Assembly (NCBI RefSeq): GCF_963853765.1
Contig: NC_088854.1
Coordinates: 20,212,001-20,276,000 of the forward strand
Source: Magallana gigas
Taxonomy: Eukaryota
Reading direction: 5' to 3'
Length of the DNA stretch: 64,000 nt
Shown here: in pieces, positions 58,667-64,000 of the stretch
How positions within the stretch are numbered: position 1 is the first letter of the stretch
How the letters are laid out: each line of letters opens with the position of its first letter
Program-made: the position numbers and the translations under genes
The notes under the pieces: model-generated
What the model saw: only the letters and a program-made list of their open reading frames with translations
Told to the model about the DNA's origin: nothing
Database searches by the model: none

Positions 58667-59879
58667 ATTACATGTACTAGTGGAGCCTTAAAGTCTTATT
58701 CGAATTAAATTTTTTTCTTCTTTACGTTAAAAGATTAAAAATAATATTGACAGATATTTTTAATTTTATCTTGAGATACGTTAGAAGCAGTTATCAAAAT
58801 TGATTTATAGCTCTGATTAGAATACACTGCTAATCCAGGTGGTACTAAAATAGAAAAAAACGGTGACAGCCGCTTTTATGAGTCTACGTACTTCTAATAC
58901 TCCAAATGTTTTATCGATTTTAAATGAAATCTTGTGTATAAAAACATCGCAATAAATTGTCATTAGTGGGGACTCGAATTTTGTTAGTTTGTAATAAAAA
59001 AAATCACTCTTAAAGCCCAGAATATATACTTCCTTGTACTTTTGGTTAATGACATTCATTCTTTATATGCACAAGAGAAACATCTTTTGGCATAGGTTGT
59101 TACACATAATTAAGATACAATATTGCAGTAATGGTATGGTTTATGTACATATATAATATGTACATTGACAATGTAAATATAATATTTTTTTACTAACAGG
59201 TGAAAGATAACAACAAAAACCAAAAACAGAGAATTTTTCTTAATTATCATGATTTTGAAAAGCTTAGTGGAGATACTGTCCTAGATTATACAGTTCTTTA
59301 AAGTTTTCCGCACTTAAAAATTGTATAGATTTGTATGTTATACAGAAGGTTTTTTTGTCAATAATACTTCTTTATATATTATACTGTCGACATATCAAAA
59401 CAAAATGGAATTCATCTTCAATAATGGTTGTACTAGTTATTAGAAAAGGAGATCTAGATCGCTGTTTGCCCGTTATGACCATAACGATGATCAATTTTAA
59501 GAATTACCTTTAGACTGTATTGGTATGACTTGGCTTAAATTTTCATTTATTATGTATTAAATTATCTTGGCATGAATTTTTTCATCAATATTTATGAATA
59601 AGATTCGTCTGATTTCACAAGTTTGTAAATAAACAAAGTCATTTTTTGAATACACCGCAGATTTTAATATTCGTCAATTATGGCATGACTAGATATCTTC
59701 TTTTTTTTTTTACGGAAATTGATTGTAATTCATAAATGCATGACAAAACCGAAATCTAGCTATCCAAAGCACGACCTAGCTGTGGGCGTGAGAATTTACG
59801 CTTGAATTATTTCTTGATTGATCGAAAATAATGCTGCAATGAGAACACGAACTCCTCGAACCTCAGCAAGTAGACTGTA

Positions 59880-59893
59880 GTTACCATGGCAAC
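59880..59893. promoter_or_regulatory. RFX X-box GTTACCATGGCAAC
   Basis: Exact match to GTYNCY-AT-RGNAAC. Confidence 0.65.
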
Positions 59894-60057
59894 CTTCACA
59901 TGTATGGAAAATTGGTTGTTCCTTCTTTGCAAAGTTTAAATCGCCAATAATAATGATTTACGTACTTTTACTAACTTAGTATGAATAGCTGATTAAATAT
60001 TCAAAAGTAGATGTAAATATAAACAATAAATGCTTTTCTATGGAGCTTTATTCTTGA

Positions 60058-60126
60058 TATGAAGGTAGCTAGCATCGTTAAAAAAAATTATCATAACCTG
60101 CTAACGCGATGCTAGCTACCTACATA
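60058..60126. repeat. Inverted repeat, 20-bp arms with one mismatch (head of a palindromic element)
   Basis: TATGAAGGTAGCTAGCATCG ... CGATGCTAGCTACCTACATA. Confidence 0.8.
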
Positions 60127-60828
60127 CCAGCACGAAATTAAAAAGAAAGCAAATGCATTTTATTGTTTAAATGACTCTCGAAACTTACAAGATCATATGG
60201 ATGTGATAAAAAGAACAATTTTGTAAAAAAAAATTTCGAGCCTTTTGACTGATACAGATCGGTTTTAGTTTTGTAGTTGCGTACAACAAAAATATATCTT
60301 CAAGCCACTTGATGTAGAATTTAAAATGCCAGTATTTTTTTTAAAACATTTACTAAGTAATAATTAATCTTGAAAAATCCTAACAATGCAATTAAATGTG
60401 ATTTAATTAGTAGTAAATGTTGTTTATTTTTGTAAGAAATTAATGAGCAATACAATCTTAATTGCATTCATTTGAAATAACAAGCTACCGTACCCCTTAG
60501 ATAAAAGATACATGTAATATGGTTAACAATGTTGCCTACAACTTCACGTTATTTTTGGTACTCGTATCTAGTCTTGCATATAGTTATTAAACAAGATTAC
60601 TTTATGTTTTATATCTGTAACATAAATCTATTTTTATCAGCCTATAAAAAGTATGTCATTTTTTTTAATGTCAAATGTCTTCGGTACCTGCGTGTTAATG
60701 ATGAAGTAAACTTGAACTTCTGCCAATAAACTAGGACTGGTTTGTTGCTTTAGGTAAAATCAGGAAGTCTCTGTAGAGTTATCAAACGATGAGGTATACA
60801 AATTATATCATAACTGAGGTATACATTA

Positions 60829-62304
60829 TATAAATAGTAACTGTTTGGGTCGCGTCGGTTGACAATGGTTGTCTCGGGGTGTCAATTTCAACAGTTATCC
60901 TCCCAAACAGGCACTATTTATTTTATTATACTGAATGTCTTAATTTTAAAGAAAATTTTACTGCTTTTATATAGAAACGAAGGTAAAATCAACCGACGCG
61001 AAGCGGAGGTTGACAATGGTTTTCTCGGGGTGTCAATTTCAACTGTTATTGACACCCCGAGAAAACCATTGTCAACCGACGCGAAGCGGAGGTTGACAAT
61101 GGTTTTCTCGGGGTGTCAATTTCAACTGTTATCCTCCCAAACAGGCACTATTTATTTTGTTATACTGAATGTCTTAATTTTTAAGAAAATTTTATTGCTT
61201 TTATATAGGAATAACGTGAATTCTACAGCGAACCGTACGCGCATAATTTTCGCGCATGTAACATTTTTTAATGTTACCCGTTGCTAAGTGCGTTGCTAAC
61301 GCTGAGGGTAATAGAAAATATTATTAACTGCGTCTTAACCAATCAGATTTCAGTATTTAACATGAAAGTATAATAACAAAACAAAATAAATAGTGCCTGT
61401 TTGGGAGGGTAACAGTTGAAATTGACACCCCTCGAAAACCATTGTCAACCTCCGCTTCGCGTCGGTTGACAATGGTTTTCCCGGGGTGTCAATTTCAACT
61501 GTTACCCTCCCAAACAGGCACTATTTATATAGTGTTACCCGTTGCCAAGTGTGTTGCAAACGCTGAGGGTAATAGTATACAATTATTTAATGCTTGAGCA
61601 GTCAATAGACCAGAATATTTTTCCCGATGTGCAGGGAACAGCTCAGTATGATCTATTGCCCGAGGCCAACGGCCGAGGGCGATAGATAATAATGAGCTGT
61701 TCCCTGCACCAAGGGAAAAAAATTCTGGTCTATTGACTGTTCAAGCATTAACTACTTGTTTTATTACCTAATTGCTTTTTTAGTTTTCCGGGTTTACAAT
61801 TTGCTTATTGCAGATGGTTTTCGTGCCATTATGCAATATACTAAGATTTTTTTTCTCCATCTTTTACATGCACCAAACCTGTTCCATGCATTACAACATC
61901 TCAATTTAATATTAGTTTACACAAAAAGGAGAAGTCTTCAACCCATTAGATTTTAGATAGCTTTTTACCTTATATGAGGCTTTATTTGATACTCCATTTT
62001 GATAACATTAAATTTGGTTTCACCACGTACTGAAAATAGCGTCTATGTAAAGGAATATACATTCCCTGAGAAAGGATGTAACATTATAACATACACGCGT
62101 TCTGATATACGTTGCCGGTCCAATAGATCACAGTCTATTGACCGGCGGTCCAATAGATCGCAGTCTATTGACCGGCAGTTCAAAATAGAAGAAAATATTT
62201 AATTTGTAATAAAACAACAAAATCCCTTAGATTAGGTAATAAAACGGATTACCAACTGCGTCTAAACCAATCAGATTTCAGTATTTAACATGAAAGTATA
62301 ATAA
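60829..62304. mobile_element. Head-to-tail cluster of Crypton-like palindromic elements (three type A, one type B)
   Basis: A hairpin 61386-61528 (65-bp arms, 2 mismatches); further A loops at 60850-60856, 60995-61007, 61078-61090; B hairpin 61587-61751; 30-bp tandem hairpins 62114-62177; shared tail AACTGCGTC..AACCAATCAGATTTCAGTATTTAACATGAAAGTATAATAA at ~61326-61377 and ~62254-62304. Confidence 0.8.
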
Positions 62305-63456
62305 ATCTATTTATACCGTATAAGACAGAAAACTGAATGATGCCATTGGAGGTACGTGTAAATTATTCTACTATTCAATCGATAAGTTTATTTCAAATAA
62401 AAATTTCAAATCTGATCCGTGTCTGTTGTTGTCGTCCGTGACGATTACTTGTACTTTTGACTTTTCATCTTCTTCTATGTAACCAAGAAGCCAAACATGT
62501 AGCATTTGTCAAAGACTTTCGAGTTACTCAGTTGTAAAGACAGATGGCATGCAAGCTACAGCAGATATTTAATTCAAAATAGAAGTAAAATTGGCTGAAA
62601 TGGTCCTGGGGCCTGGTATTCTAAACCATGATAATCCTTATGTAAGGAGAATAAGCCATATTCATATCCTTTACCTTAGAAGGTTATAATTATTATACGC
62701 CTGTATTGTATTTTCTATTGTGACCGATGTCTGCAAACTTGTATCCTTGACCCAATAAGTACACGATTGGAAATAAACTCTATTTCATTCTGCATTTTCA
62801 TTATACATGTTCAGGTGTATAGTGCGTGCTGTTAATCAATGATGACGTTATTTTGATGACAACAACAGAAATAACTTACAAGAACATTGTAGCTAGCTTA
62901 CTGCTGCAACGGAACTACATCGATGCTGATAGACTCAACTCAGAACAAAAATGATTTATTTAAAAAAAAATTTACTTTTCATAAGATGTTGTTTTCAGTT
63001 ATTTCTGTACGTTTCCGTTTAATGCATCCTATATCTATACCTCTTGGGGAATATAAAATTACGCAACATGCATATGGCGTCCATCACGCTTTAGGAACCA
63101 CGAACTCGGCATTGTCGTCTAGGTGTTCTAGAGTCATTTGCAGTATTCTTTCCCCATAGTAATTCCGAATAGAGTAATTACACTTTACTAAAATGATTTT
63201 AAAAAGTTATTTTGAATAAGGCTCCGTTGTAAACATAAAACAGACTGCGAAGCCTTTTAGATATCAGGCACTTAAGGGTGTCATTATGCTGTCCAGGTTC
63301 TCATGACTTCTTTCATCTGACATTTCTCTGACCCCCAGTCCTTGTTACCTAGAGGACGCCAATTTCATGCGGGAAGTAGTTTTTGTACGTAATAATGATT
63401 TTAATCTTTTCGACTTTAAAAACAATGGTCGTAAACACACAGACTTTTTTAGTCGT

Positions 63457-63510
63457 TTTAGCTCACCTGAGCCTAAGAATTAAGTATTAGTCAGCCTTTC
63501 TGATAAAAAT
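63457..63510 (+). mobile_element. Truncated HINE 5' end
   Basis: TTTTAGCTCACCTGAGC as at 38131; rest of hairpin decayed. Confidence 0.5.
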
Positions 63511-64000
63511 TTGACTAGCGACAACTGTACTACTTAACTGGCATCTCGGCAATCACATCTCTTGAAAGCTATGATTTCTGAAATTAGAACCATTTTAACA
63601 AGACGTGGGACTGTCAGTAGGACGTAGCTATCTAATTCTTGCGTCAAAACAAGTTAAAAATGACGCGGTTTCAAGCGAAATATGCACCGATTGCGTAGTC
63701 TTAGCTCAAAATCAAGACAAACCTTGTTGATTTCAGAGAGCCATGCTGACAATGAAATAGACAGGCCTACGTCATATTGCTGTTTGACACAGCTACTTAA
63801 AGTGCAAGCTCTTGTTAAAATGGTTCTAATATGGAATCGGGATAGTCTGAAGACATTGAGTACCATGAATTTTGGACCATATAGAGAGCCTTGCAAACGG
63901 GTTCTGTAATGATACACCGACATTTATTATGCTTAAGTTTATCGTAAGGGTAAATTTAGATGTTCCCTTCATATTAAATCTTGGCAACGGAAGAAAAAGA

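Noticed and set aside
56809-59500. Large Kolobok-like element enclosing the SSNA1-like gene
   Set aside because: TTAAGGGAGCCAT at 56810 has no convincing inverted partner; similarity between ~57030 and ~58940 is too weak.
38708-61287. ORFs lying in repeats (38708, 38876, 50668, 50821, 51254, 60859; also 26958 and 32732)
   Set aside because: Chance frames in satellites, microsatellites and palindromes.
62305-64000. Additional gene at the right end
   Set aside because: Short ORFs (62923, 63654, 63682) have no homology I recognise and no consistent splice pattern.

Overview
AT-rich, intron-rich animal genomic DNA, most likely a Crassostrea/Magallana-type oyster (bivalve-type H1/H2A/H2B, a ~166-bp Cg170-like satellite carried in Helentron-type elements; species is inferred, not proven). 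1-8694: right-hand edge of a tandem histone quintet array (unit 7556 bp; H2B+, H4-, H3-, H1-, H2A-), with non-canonical 3' stem-loops. 11.3-21.4 kb: KRIT1/CCM1 orthologue on the minus strand (14 coding exons, ~768 aa). 29.6-48.7 kb: an unassigned ~1171-aa ankyrin-repeat gene on the plus strand (23 coding exons), head-to-head with KRIT1, with an N-terminal C2CH-like motif and a C-terminal IST1-like MIM1 helix. 57.6-58.1 kb: intronless divergent SSNA1/NA14-like gene with a perfect RFX X-box upstream. The rest is non-autonomous mobile DNA: four Helentron/HINE families (one 6.4 kb), satellite arrays, TA-TSD MITEs, Kolobok-like and Spy-like elements, a perfect 101-bp hairpin with a 10-bp TSD, and a head-to-tail cluster of Crypton-like palindromic elements at 60.8-62.3 kb whose hairpin loops occur in both flip and flop orientation. 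No transposase, RepHel, rRNA, tRNA or CRISPR array was found. Gene models were built by hand from GT-AG sites and frame continuity and need RNA confirmation.
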